Shown here: positions 46,142-55,763 of the stretch, one piece after another
How the letters are laid out: each line of letters starts with the position of its first letter
Numbering within the stretch: position 1 is the stretch's first letter
From: Naegleria gruberi
Lineage: Eukaryota
Assembly: GCA_000004985.1 (NCBI GenBank)
Contig: GG738890.1
Strand: one strand, 5' to 3'
Length of the DNA stretch: 64,000 bases
Program-made: the position numbers and the translations under genes
The notes under the pieces: generated by a model
Database searches by the model: none
Told to the model about the DNA's origin: nothing
The model's input: only the letters and a program-made list of their open reading frames with translations

Positions 46142-46834
46142 CTATGAATCAACTTCAATTGTAAAGATATCATGTTCAGAGTTATAACAAAGTGTGTGCA
46201 ACATTAAATCTCCAATTTCATGACCCCAAATTCCATACTTTCCATTGGTAGAACATCTATTAATTAAAGAACAATTTGGATCTTGATCACGCATTGGTTG
46301 AGCAGTGATGGATGAAGAACCATCTTCCTCTTCATATATTTCCTTATATCCCCTACAAATCAAGGCAACCAATTGTCTCTGCGTGAAACCATTCACAGGA
46401 CGTTCAAAAGTCTTCCGAGCAGGAATTGATAATGGATAATCATATTCAATAGTAATAGATTGTCTATTCGGAATCAAATCTGTGGTATCTTCATATCTTT
46501 CCAATTCATCTTCATAACATTGAACGGAAACATAGACGTTTTGTTCTTCCATATCATCAGACTTGACCATGTCGGGCTTGACCATGTCGAGGATGTTTGG
46601 AGAGGCTAAATAGGCTGGTGTTGTTGCTGATGGAGTTTCTTGTTTCTGCTCTGCTTCGGAGAAAATTTGATGTTGAGAAAAGAAGCGTGATTGTTGATAA
46701 ATATTATTCATTACTTTCACTTGTTGGGTCAAACAAGGTTCAATGTGTGTGGCACCGACACCTCTAAAGGCAGATACTTGTTGTTTTTGAGAGGAGAGAG
46801 CGGCACGACGAATGAGAGCAAGACTTTTTTTCAT
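46142..46834 (-). CDS. hypothetical protein (possible N-terminal mitochondrial presequence)
   Basis: 230-aa ORF. The N-terminus MKKSLALIRRAALSS is Arg-rich and amphipathic. No recognised domain. Confidence 0.3.
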   Translation of the reverse strand: MKKSLALIRRAALSSQKQQVSAFRGVGATHIEPCLTQQVKVMNNIYQQSRFFSQHQIFSEAEQKQETPSATTPAYLASPNILDMVKPDMVKSDDMEEQNVYVSVQCYEDELERYEDTTDLIPNRQSITIEYDYPLSIPARKTFERPVNGFTQRQLVALICRGYKEIYEEEDGSSSITAQPMRDQDPNCSLINRCSTNGKYGIWGHEIGDLMLHTLCYNSEHDIFTIEVDS

Positions 46835-46994
46835 TTTTTTTGATTGAATTTCTCAAAAAAGATTGAATTTTACAATGAATTTGATTGAACGTTTTGAAAA
46901 ATTGTAAATTTGGAAAATTACAAATGAGATTATTACAATAATTCGAACACATTCGAAAAAGAATCACGTTTGAACAAATTCAAATTTAAAAAAA

Positions 46995-47978
46995 ATGATT
47001 AAAAATTCGATCAGACAATTCATAAAAGGTGCATCTTTAAAGGCGCATCATCATCAGCTTTATTTTAATACTTTTCATTATACGAAAGTAAACTATTCTT
47101 CTTACACCCTTCCAGAGATACAAAAATCCATCGAACAAATCAACCAACAAATTTTGAGCACCGAAAAATCCTATCAACTTCATCCGAACATGAAGAATAG
47201 ACTATTCTTTGAATTATCTGAAAATTACTGCGAAAGAGCTTCCTTTCTTTTTTTACTAAAAGATTACAAAAGTGGAACGAACGATCTCACACAAGCAATT
47301 TCATTCAATCCAAGAAATTATAAAGCTTGGCTTTTGAAAGCTCGATATAACTTTGAAAAAGTTGGAGATTTACAAAAAGCTTTGGAAGATTACAACAAGG
47401 TACTTGAATTGCATCCACAACATGTTTTTGCACTCATTGGTCGATGTGATATTTATTTGGAATGGAATGAGTTGGATAAATTGTTGAATGATACTTCTAC
47501 TATTATTGATTTAGTGAAATTGAAAGAAAATCAAAGATTGGAACAAGATGAGAGTGGAGGATTGAAATATGATTCCATTAACATGTTGATCAATTCGTAT
47601 AATAAGAGATTTATTGCATTTCTTAGAAAGGGAGAGTATGAAGTAGCTTTGAATGAATTAAATGAATTAATTAAGGAAATTCCAATGGAGAAAACAGAAA
47701 AATTAATTCAGATGTATTTATTGAAAGGAGTTTTGTATCGTGATCAATTAGCTCAGCCAGATAAGGCACTGGAGGAGTGCAGTAAGATAATTAAGATTGA
47801 TCCGTCTCATGTAGATTCCTTGATTATTAGAGCTTCTCTTTATATGGAAAAGAAAGATTATCAAAGAGCATTGGAAGATTATGAGAAACTACTTGAATTG
47901 GAGCCAACCTCTAAGAATGCCAATTATAGAAACATCATTGAGTCAATCAAAAAGTTGGAAAAAAACAAGTCAAACTAA
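46995..47978 (+). CDS. TPR-repeat protein
   Basis: Multiple 34-aa repeats fit the TPR pattern (W-LG-Y-A-F-A-P), e.g. AWLLKARYNFEKVGDLQKALEDYNKVLELHPQHV and ALEECSKIIKIDPSHV. Confidence 0.6.
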   Translation: MIKNSIRQFIKGASLKAHHHQLYFNTFHYTKVNYSSYTLPEIQKSIEQINQQILSTEKSYQLHPNMKNRLFFELSENYCERASFLFLLKDYKSGTNDLTQAISFNPRNYKAWLLKARYNFEKVGDLQKALEDYNKVLELHPQHVFALIGRCDIYLEWNELDKLLNDTSTIIDLVKLKENQRLEQDESGGLKYDSINMLINSYNKRFIAFLRKGEYEVALNELNELIKEIPMEKTEKLIQMYLLKGVLYRDQLAQPDKALEECSKIIKIDPSHVDSLIIRASLYMEKKDYQRALEDYEKLLELEPTSKNANYRNIIESIKKLEKNKSN

Positions 47979-48009
47979 TTTGAATATATTGACACAGTTG
48001 TTGGTCAAT

Positions 48010-49629
48010 TTATTCTAAAGTGGAATCTTCTCCTTGTAAAGGAGAGTAATCTTCGAGATTGATAATGTCTGTTGCAATTTTCTCAGTAAAGTATCTATCA
48101 TGTGAAGTAGCAATGATAATTCCAGGAAAATTCATTAATGCTTCCTCGATTACTTCTAAACTTGGAAAGTCAATATGATTAGTCAATTCATCCAATACCA
48201 AAATTGAGCATTTTTGCATGATTATTTTACATAGCTGTACCTTTCTTCTACATCCAATACTCAACGATTTCAATGGTGAATTCAAATCATGCCAAGTATA
48301 AACTCCAAGATTACACAATTCAGTAATAACCTTTTGTTTTGTTGCTTGAATACTCGAATCTTCCATCAACAATTCAATTGCAGTCTTGTCGAGTGGCATA
48401 TTTTCCTGTTCCTGATCTAAATAACCAATCTTGGCATGCTTACTAATATTTACACTTCCTTCATCGGATTCTGTCAATCCCATAATTATGTTCATTAAGG
48501 TTGTCTTTCCAGAACCATTAGGTCCTTGAATGATTAATCGATCTCCACTAACCAAAGTGAAGGAAAGATTTTGGAAGAGAGGTTTTTGGGCAAAGGATTT
48601 GGACAAGTCCGATAATTCAATACTTAGAGAGGATGCAATAGAACTTTCATCAAATTCGAACGAAATTTTGTTTCGTTCTTGAATTAAATCTGTTCTATTC
48701 TCGAGCAAGTGTTCTTGCTTTCTCGTGATTTGATTAAATGCTTTGGAGGTACCCTTGTGAACTCGTTCCTCTTGATTGTTATAACTGAGTTTATCCCTAT
48801 TCTTTGGATCTCTCAATTTTCTAGCTTTCATGGAAGATGCCATCTGAATTGACTTTTGTTTCAGGTTTTTCAATTCCTTATCTTGAAGTTCACGTTCTTG
48901 CATGGCTCGTTGACGTTTCTTTTCCTCTTGAGCAAGATAATTTTCGTATCCTCCCCTGAAGTGAACAAACTTTTTGGTGTGAGGAGAAAGTTCTGAAATT
49001 CTATTAGAAACTGAATTAATCAATGTTCTGTCGTGAGTCACCATCACAACTGCTCCATCATAATCCTTCAAGAAATGTTCCAACCATTCAATACCTTGCA
49101 CATCAAGGTGATTAGTTGGTTCATCCAATAATAAAATGTCAGGTTTCACAATACTTAGAGCACACAGAATTGACTTGGTTTTCTCTCCACCACTCAAACT
49201 CTCAAATGGTTGTTCCAATAAATCATTATTCAATCCAATAAGTTTCGTCTGCTGATAAATCTCATCTCCAATTATCGAATTCAACTCATTATACCACTCC
49301 TCAGAAAGTGGTTGCAAAGGTTGTTCCAAAAACTGTTGAATATCAGCATCAGGAAAGAATTTCAACATGGTAATAATTGTCGACTCATCACCCTTAGTAA
49401 TTTCTTCAAAATGTTGAGGCAAGAAACCAATCTTTCCCTCAATCTCCACCATTCCAGTATATTCAAAGTCAATCATACCAAATTGAGATGTTCTATTATG
49501 ATTATCATCATCTTTTTGATCATGATCATCATTATTTAAATAAGCACTATTCATCAAACGGAGGAATGTAGTTTTGCCACATCCATTCTCGCCCACAAGT
49601 GTTACCTTCGCACAATATAGGATCATCAA
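48010..49629 (-). CDS. ABC-F family ATPase (tandem NBDs, no TMD)
   Basis: Two Walker A motifs (GENGCGKTT; GPNGSGKTT). Two ABC signatures (LSGGEKTKS; LSIGCRRKV). Two Walker B motifs (LLLDEPTNHLD; LVLDELTNHID). A charged linker lies between the NBDs. Confidence 0.75.
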   Translation of the reverse strand: MMILYCAKVTLVGENGCGKTTFLRLMNSAYLNNDDHDQKDDDNHNRTSQFGMIDFEYTGMVEIEGKIGFLPQHFEEITKGDESTIITMLKFFPDADIQQFLEQPLQPLSEEWYNELNSIIGDEIYQQTKLIGLNNDLLEQPFESLSGGEKTKSILCALSIVKPDILLLDEPTNHLDVQGIEWLEHFLKDYDGAVVMVTHDRTLINSVSNRISELSPHTKKFVHFRGGYENYLAQEEKKRQRAMQERELQDKELKNLKQKSIQMASSMKARKLRDPKNRDKLSYNNQEERVHKGTSKAFNQITRKQEHLLENRTDLIQERNKISFEFDESSIASSLSIELSDLSKSFAQKPLFQNLSFTLVSGDRLIIQGPNGSGKTTLMNIIMGLTESDEGSVNISKHAKIGYLDQEQENMPLDKTAIELLMEDSSIQATKQKVITELCNLGVYTWHDLNSPLKSLSIGCRRKVQLCKIIMQKCSILVLDELTNHIDFPSLEVIEEALMNFPGIIIATSHDRYFTEKIATDIINLEDYSPLQGEDSTLE

Positions 49630-49910
49630 TAATAAGTGTTTCTTGTTTTTCTTTTTTATATGGAGTTGACTCTATCATTAGAAAAACACAAATGGGAGAT
49701 GATCATTCTATTAGAGTGTTTAATGGTGATATTAAATATTTTGATGTCACTAGAAGAATTAAAGAATCTAATATAAAGTACGACTATTTAAAAGGGAATT
49801 CTTGGTTTGATAATAGATTAATAATAGATTACAAAAGTCATAACACTAGAAGTTTCTTGTTTGTAAGAAATTTCACAATCCATTTATTATTCTGTTCACT
49901 AAATAATGAA

Positions 49911-51247
49911 TTAAATATCTTCTTGAGCTAATACACTGGAAGCATAATTTTTTAAGGTCTCTACATACTGTAACTGGTCAACTTCAAACTTATCTCTATC
50001 ATTAGAGAATGTTATTATTTCGATATTCTTCTCTTCATTAAATAGGATCTTCTTTAATTTCATACAAGCTTTCCAGTAATGATACTCAACTAGAAAGATT
50101 TGGTAGTTCTTGTAAAGATAATCAAGATCAGAATCTTTAAAAATAATCTTCAGCTCTTTTCTGAAATTGGCTGGTGTGATTATTTTAAAATCAGCAAACA
50201 GCTCGAGCTTTCTATACTTTCCTTTAATTTCATTAATATCCTTTTCACCAACATAAATGTCAATAATGAGTGTTTTTTGTCTTCCATTTCCCCTCTTAAT
50301 TACAAAGTCTGGTGTTGAATTGTTGAGAAGACATTTAATATCGTGTTCTCGAGTAATAATGTTCTCTGTAATAAAAACTTCTTTCTTTTCTATCAACATA
50401 TCTTGTATCATGTAATACAAATAATCATGTACCATTTCATTATTGTCTTCCATATAGCCTAAAGCCTTTAGTCTTTGTTCGATATATGTAAAGGCTTGTT
50501 TAGTATTGGATACGGCATACTTATGCTCTATTAAATCCTTGAAGTGAGCATTCTTCTTCCATTCTGATGGAATATGAAATTTTTTTCTAAAAACCTGAAG
50601 TAATGACGAAGTGTTTTGGCTGAGACAAAACTTAAGACATCTCCATCGGATAGTCTATCACCAACTTCGTAGTTACGTCTAATCTCCTTGATAGTAGTTA
50701 GACCCCAATGTTTACCAGTGAAATCCTCATCAGCGGATTCCTCATCAGGGTCTTCATCAAGTTGATTAGCTTGTTGCAGAACAGGAGGAACAGCTTCGAG
50801 ATGCTTTATTCTCTCACCCAAAGAAGTGATGGCGTTGAGAATAGCATCAAGGTTCTTTTCAGAACCAGCTTGGTTGTTATCCAAGGTTTTGGATGTTGGG
50901 TCAACCACAGAGGGGAGTGAAGCTGAGCTACCATTGTCAGTTACTGGGATGTAACCAGACTTGTAGGTAGAAGTTGAGGATTTGCTTGCTGAAACTCTTT
51001 GACGAATGTTGGAAATATTCGCCTTGCTTGGTGTTTGAACCATTTCAATATACTTAATTTTTTTGAGCATAAAATTATTTATCAACTCAATTTTATTGTT
51101 TACAATTTGTCGAAATACTAACGTTGCATCGTTCCTCGCAACTCTACATTTGTCACTACTAATCATTCCCTGTTGTTCAAATGGTACGTCAACTCCTTGT
51201 TGTGTCATACAAACTTCATCAATTATTGCTTGTTCAGACATCGTCAC
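49911..51247 (-). CDS. orphan gene split over two frames (ORFs 50531-51247 and 49911-50453); frameshift or tiny intron
   Basis: The downstream ORF's frame stays open upstream of its first ATG and overlaps the end of the upstream ORF, as with the eIF4A case. The acidic linker is DEDPDEESADEDF. The C-terminal region PDFVIKRGNGRQKTLIIDIYVGEK has no confident family match. Confidence 0.3.
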
Positions 51248-52895
51248 TTTGGTGCTTGAAGTTTTTTTTTTATTGTTCTTTAAAAAATTAAAATTATTGT
51301 GATTTTGAACATGTTACATTGCAAATTAATAAAAACAAGATTGAGAACAAGTAATCCTCATTATAGAGATGGTACTAAGTGACAGTGAAACGGGGGACGG
51401 ATGAGACGGAGAACACTCAGTTTCTTACTAAAGACGGGAGAAGAGCATCCGCTTAATACTGATGACGGTAAACCAAAATGGAAAATGCACAACCTTAGTA
51501 ACACCGATAAATTGAATGATACATTTAATAAAGTTAAGAATATGAAAAAATATTTCAACATCTAGTACGTGATGTACTTTGATGATTCTTCGAGTGGTTT
51601 CACATCCGTAAGCTGCCAAACGTTCACATCATCATCTCAACATCATCTAAATAGTAGTAATAGTAGTAATTTTTATTATTGGACTTTCATCATAAAATAG
51701 TAAATCAATTTTTGGATTATAATTTTTCAAGTTGGTAAACCATCATCGGAACACTCACCAACCGTCATCATAGATATATTTAATATAGTAGAATAGTATG
51801 GGTGATTTCTATGTCTTGGAAATATCTTTATTTTGGTGAAACTCAACATTTTACTAAAATCATCCTCACTGTTGAATCCATTGGAAAGATTGGAAAACTA
51901 TTAATGTAGGATTGTTGGAAATGGTCAATAGTAGCATAGTAAATTTTGAACAGTGGATTTTCATCAAGTTTTAATAGGGATAGGTACATGTGAATTTTAA
52001 AAAGTACATGTACCATTACTCAACATGTACTTGACCAACTTGGAAATCTTCTAGTACTATTGTTTAAATCACTAATAAACACCATATTTAATATCAGTTT
52101 TTCATTATTTTGTGTTTTGGCTTGGAGAGTGATTTCTAGCCAAACCTTTTATCATTCACTCCTTCAAGAGTGATTCAAAAATTATCAAACTCATTGTGAA
52201 CATTACACAATGATATTAAAATAATAAAATTCTTGTTTTTTCTTTTTATTTCATTTCTTTCACCTTAAATCGAACAATTAACCTTATTTCCTTAAACATC
52301 ATTAAGATCAAATTGAATTTCAAAGATAACCAACTTTTTCAACATCTCAAATCCTACACGTTATAGGGATCACACTCATATCAATTAATCCTATTTTTCA
52401 TTTTCAGTAAAAAATCAAAATTTGAACTTTCCAAAGTTTACTATTTACCTGAATTGTTTGAGAAGGAAACTTCTCATAAAAAGAAGGGTAGTTACCCAAC
52501 AGTGTTTTAATCAACTAAGTCAAATTATTTCATGTCATTCTTAAATTTGAGACAGAAAGAGTGAAATCTTTGATTTTAGTGAATATTCCACAACAGAGGT
52601 GTTGTGTTTGTTACCGTCACACCGTCAATTAGTATCTCCTCCTAATTATACTAATGGGTATTAAAGCTCAGGGACTGTTTCACCTTTAAGGTGATTCAGC
52701 CTTGAGACCTGCTTTAATGGATATAAATCTTTATTAGCAGGTCCCGAGATTAATAAATATGGCTCTTATAAAAAACTTATCAATAGTATTAGTAAAGATA
52801 AGAAAAAAATTAGGAGATGCGAATAGGAGGCATAAACTAAATTGAAATTAAAATAAAAAAGATATCATTCGATGAACATTTCAATATGAATGTAA

Positions 52896-52968
52896 GCAGC
52901 GATAGATCAGTTGGTTAGATCGTAAGCCTAACACGCTTAAGGTCGCGGGTTCAAGCCCCGCTCGCTGT
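52896..52968 (+). tRNA. tRNA-Val (anticodon AAC)
   Basis: Acceptor stem GCAGCGA/TCGCTGT (G1-U72). D-arm GATC-AGTTGGTTA-GATC. Anticodon stem TAAGC/GCTTA with loop CTAACAC. T-arm GCGGG-TTCAAGC-CCCGC. Internal A and B boxes are present. Confidence 0.85.
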
Positions 52969-53151
52969 ATCCATTTTATTTTCTAATTATTTTTGACGTA
53001 ACCAATTCCAAAGAATTCAACCAACAATTGGACTGCAGTTTCGTCCAATATTTGAATTGTATAACTGAAAGGGTTAATTAGAATTGGTCCCCTTGGTGAT
53101 TATTTCATGTCTTGTGCTCTTGCTTTTTATTGAATTTCTAATTAGAAAGTA

Positions 53152-54693
53152 CTATTCTTTAGCATTTTTCATTCTCATTGATTGCATTGCTTGACTAATC
53201 TCCTTATTGGAAGATTTCAATCTTTCGAATAAATCAGACATGTCCAATAAACAGTGATTTTCCAATTTTTCAAAGAAATTCAAATCCAAACTTTCACTTT
53301 CTTCGATAAGTTTCGAATATTCTACATTCTTCTGTTGAATATAAGGAATATTCAATTCGAAAGGTGAACCAATCGTTAAATAATTCTCAACAATCTTTCT
53401 CGCATGATTTTTCACAACTTGTTGGTCAACTGAACGTTTCTTGAAAATTTCCTTAAATTTCTGAATATCTTTCCAAGACGAAACACTTTCCACACAGAAA
53501 GAACGTCTCGCAAAATCCAAAACAATCTCAAAATATTTTCTATTCAGTAAAATTAATTCAACTTCTGATTTTTCTTCAACTTGAGTTTCGGTTTGATTCG
53601 TTTTCTTTGAATTTAAATATTGAGAAACTGCTCCATACACAGCAGGTCCAAACGTATAAATCAAAACTTCACACAATGAATAAACTGTCAGGGTATATCC
53701 AAAAGGTAGAAAATAATCAACCAATGATGAAATGACATCGATTCCTGTCATTACTCCAAATGAAATAATTCCAACAAGTTGAATCACCAAAAGTATGACA
53801 GTATCTCTCTTGATATTCCATGTATCCTTATCTGAGATCATTGCAAGAATAATGGAAACAAATTCCAATATGAAAAACATTACAAAAACACATGCCAAAA
53901 GGATTACAAAATTTGTGCTCAATGCACAGCCATGTGAAAAGTTAAAGAACCCAGTGTCTGGAATCATGATTTTGGGTGATGAGGGATTGGATTGATACAT
54001 GGTTTCTTCCACAGCTCCCAAAATTATCCATAATAAGATGACGCCAAATGTCAATAGAAAATAACAAATCATCATGAATTTGTAACTTGCCAAGAATGTG
54101 AATATTTTCATTTTCAACTTCTTTTTCCTATCCAATAACATGCTTTCTCCATCCTCCTGTTTGATCGATGTTTGAATTGTTTCCTCCTTCATGGTACTTG
54201 TCAACTCAATTTGACTTGTATTTTGCATGTCGTGCATGGATGACGAAATTTCACCACTACTCAAAGATTTGACATTAAAACTCTTCAACAGATTCAACCT
54301 ATACAATGCAAACAATCGAATACATCTAAAACTGGTCGGCATTGTAAACATTGCAGGGATTAGAATAAAAACTAGAGTAAACAATCCACATGGAAAAATC
54401 TGTCGTCCAATGGCCAACCGAAACAACAATAATCCTGTCAAAGTACAATGAGCACACACTGAAAAAACCAAATAGAATGGGTCTCTTGCCTTTACATAAC
54501 CAGATTTTCTATAAATTATTGTCAAAATTATTCCACTCAACCCGAAAATAAACATGGCAGCAATGAACATTGATGAAGTAATTGTGGTGGAAACAAAGTC
54601 AGGACATAGACCATATTTTTCGGTGGAATTGTTGGAAAGAAGTAGTGGATGACAAGTGGAATTAGTAGAGGAGGTGATGTTTTGTGTGGTCAT
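53152..54693 (-). CDS. seven-transmembrane receptor-like protein with C-terminal RGS domain (7TM-RGS)
   Basis: The N-terminal ~330 aa hold about 7 hydrophobic helices. The C-terminal 120 aa match the RGS-domain consensus (FEIVLDFARRSFCVESVSSWKDIQKFKE...ARKIVENYLTIGSPFELNIP). Confidence 0.65.
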   Translation of the reverse strand: MTTQNITSSTNSTCHPLLLSNNSTEKYGLCPDFVSTTITSSMFIAAMFIFGLSGIILTIIYRKSGYVKARDPFYLVFSVCAHCTLTGLLLFRLAIGRQIFPCGLFTLVFILIPAMFTMPTSFRCIRLFALYRLNLLKSFNVKSLSSGEISSSMHDMQNTSQIELTSTMKEETIQTSIKQEDGESMLLDRKKKLKMKIFTFLASYKFMMICYFLLTFGVILLWIILGAVEETMYQSNPSSPKIMIPDTGFFNFSHGCALSTNFVILLACVFVMFFILEFVSIILAMISDKDTWNIKRDTVILLVIQLVGIISFGVMTGIDVISSLVDYFLPFGYTLTVYSLCEVLIYTFGPAVYGAVSQYLNSKKTNQTETQVEEKSEVELILLNRKYFEIVLDFARRSFCVESVSSWKDIQKFKEIFKKRSVDQQVVKNHARKIVENYLTIGSPFELNIPYIQQKNVEYSKLIEESESLDLNFFEKLENHCLLDMSDLFERLKSSNKEISQAMQSMRMKNAKE

Positions 54694-55028
54694 TCTTTTT
54701 TATTAGAAAGTGGGAGATGGTCAACCGGTGCAGAAATGAAATGGTGGGAGCACATGAACAATGTACTACGAAGCTCTGCAATAGTATGACTAAACTTACA
54801 GAATACTAACTAATAAACCAGAGCTCTTCGTTATGCAACAGTTGATGGATGACACTTTGGGAAGAGTTAGTACATTGAAGGTTACAAGATAATATTGCTG
54901 ACAGCTAATCACAGCAATTAGTTTGCTCACTTAATCTTTTTGAAGTTCAAATTAGATTTTACAATGAATATTGGTTGCTTATTTTTGATTGATTTAGTTC
55001 TTGTAAAGAATCACGATTTGAATCTTTT

Positions 55029-55502
55029 TTGGGTTTTTTCACGTTTCATTTTGCTTTTTTTCAGGCATTTGCTGTTGTGTTTCTTGAAAATAAATATAAA
55101 AAAATGTTTTCAGAAACAATTCAAACTCAATTCTACTCTTTCTTGATTGGTATTCTTTGTTTTGCTATGAGTAGTGTAGCTTCATCAGCACTCTCGAAAG
55201 GCAAAAAGGAAAGTGTTTCCCACCATAATAATTCTCATACGAAACAAGACGATTCAGATTTATGGAATTTTACTGTCTCCCAAAGAAAAAATGAATTGAG
55301 GGAAGAACGTAGAGTGGTCCATAATCAACGTTCAAACAATTATGAAACAGTTCAATCTTTGGAAAAACAATTATCCGAAACTGAAGTTGCCCTTTTTATT
55401 GCTAGAGAACAATTGAGTGCTGCAAACAAGGAAAAGGAAGCGTTGGAAGAACAAGTTATTATTCAAGCTTGTCATATTCAAGACTTGGAGAACAAATTTT
55501 GA
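55029..55502 (+). CDS. small membrane-anchored coiled-coil protein, hypothetical
   Basis: 157-aa ORF with an N-terminal hydrophobic segment and a C-terminal heptad-repeat region (QLSETEVALFIAREQLSAANKEKEALEEQV). Weak support. Confidence 0.3.
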   Translation: MGFFTFHFAFFQAFAVVFLENKYKKMFSETIQTQFYSFLIGILCFAMSSVASSALSKGKKESVSHHNNSHTKQDDSDLWNFTVSQRKNELREERRVVHNQRSNNYETVQSLEKQLSETEVALFIAREQLSAANKEKEALEEQVIIQACHIQDLENKF

Positions 55503-55607
55503 AGAAACTAGATATCAAAACAGTGAGCAATAAAATTAAGTACAAAAGAATATTTACGAGCTAGTCTTTTTATAATGATATTAAGGAACATTTCATTTTG
55601 AATGTAA

Positions 55608-55680
55608 GCAGCGATAGATCAGTTGGTTAGATCGTAAGCCTAACACGCTTAAGGTCGCGGGTTCAAGCCCCGCTCGCTGT
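55608..55680 (+). tRNA. tRNA-Val (anticodon AAC), second copy identical to 52896-52968
   Basis: 73/73 nt identical to the first copy. It shares ~35 nt of 5' flank and ~22 nt of 3' flank with it. Confidence 0.85.
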
Positions 55681-55763
55681 ATCCATTTTACATTTCAATT
55701 TTATTGTCCAAGAATTTATTCTAATCTAATGTTCGTAACTTTACAATTTTTTTATTCACAAAT

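Noticed and set aside
50531-50600. 31-nt GT…AG segment (GTTTTTAGAAAAAAATTTCATATTCCATCAG) as an intron joining the two ORFs of the orphan gene
   Set aside because: It joins them into the wrong (third) frame and is shorter than every other intron seen in the window, so the frameshift explanation is retained.
51400-51450. TTCTTACTAAAGAC resembles the invariant U5 snRNA loop-1 sequence (CUUUUACUAAAGAU)
   Set aside because: The flanks do not form the required stem (no GTCTTT partner for AAAGAC). No Sm site (AUUUUUG) follows within the expected distance, so this is probably chance similarity.
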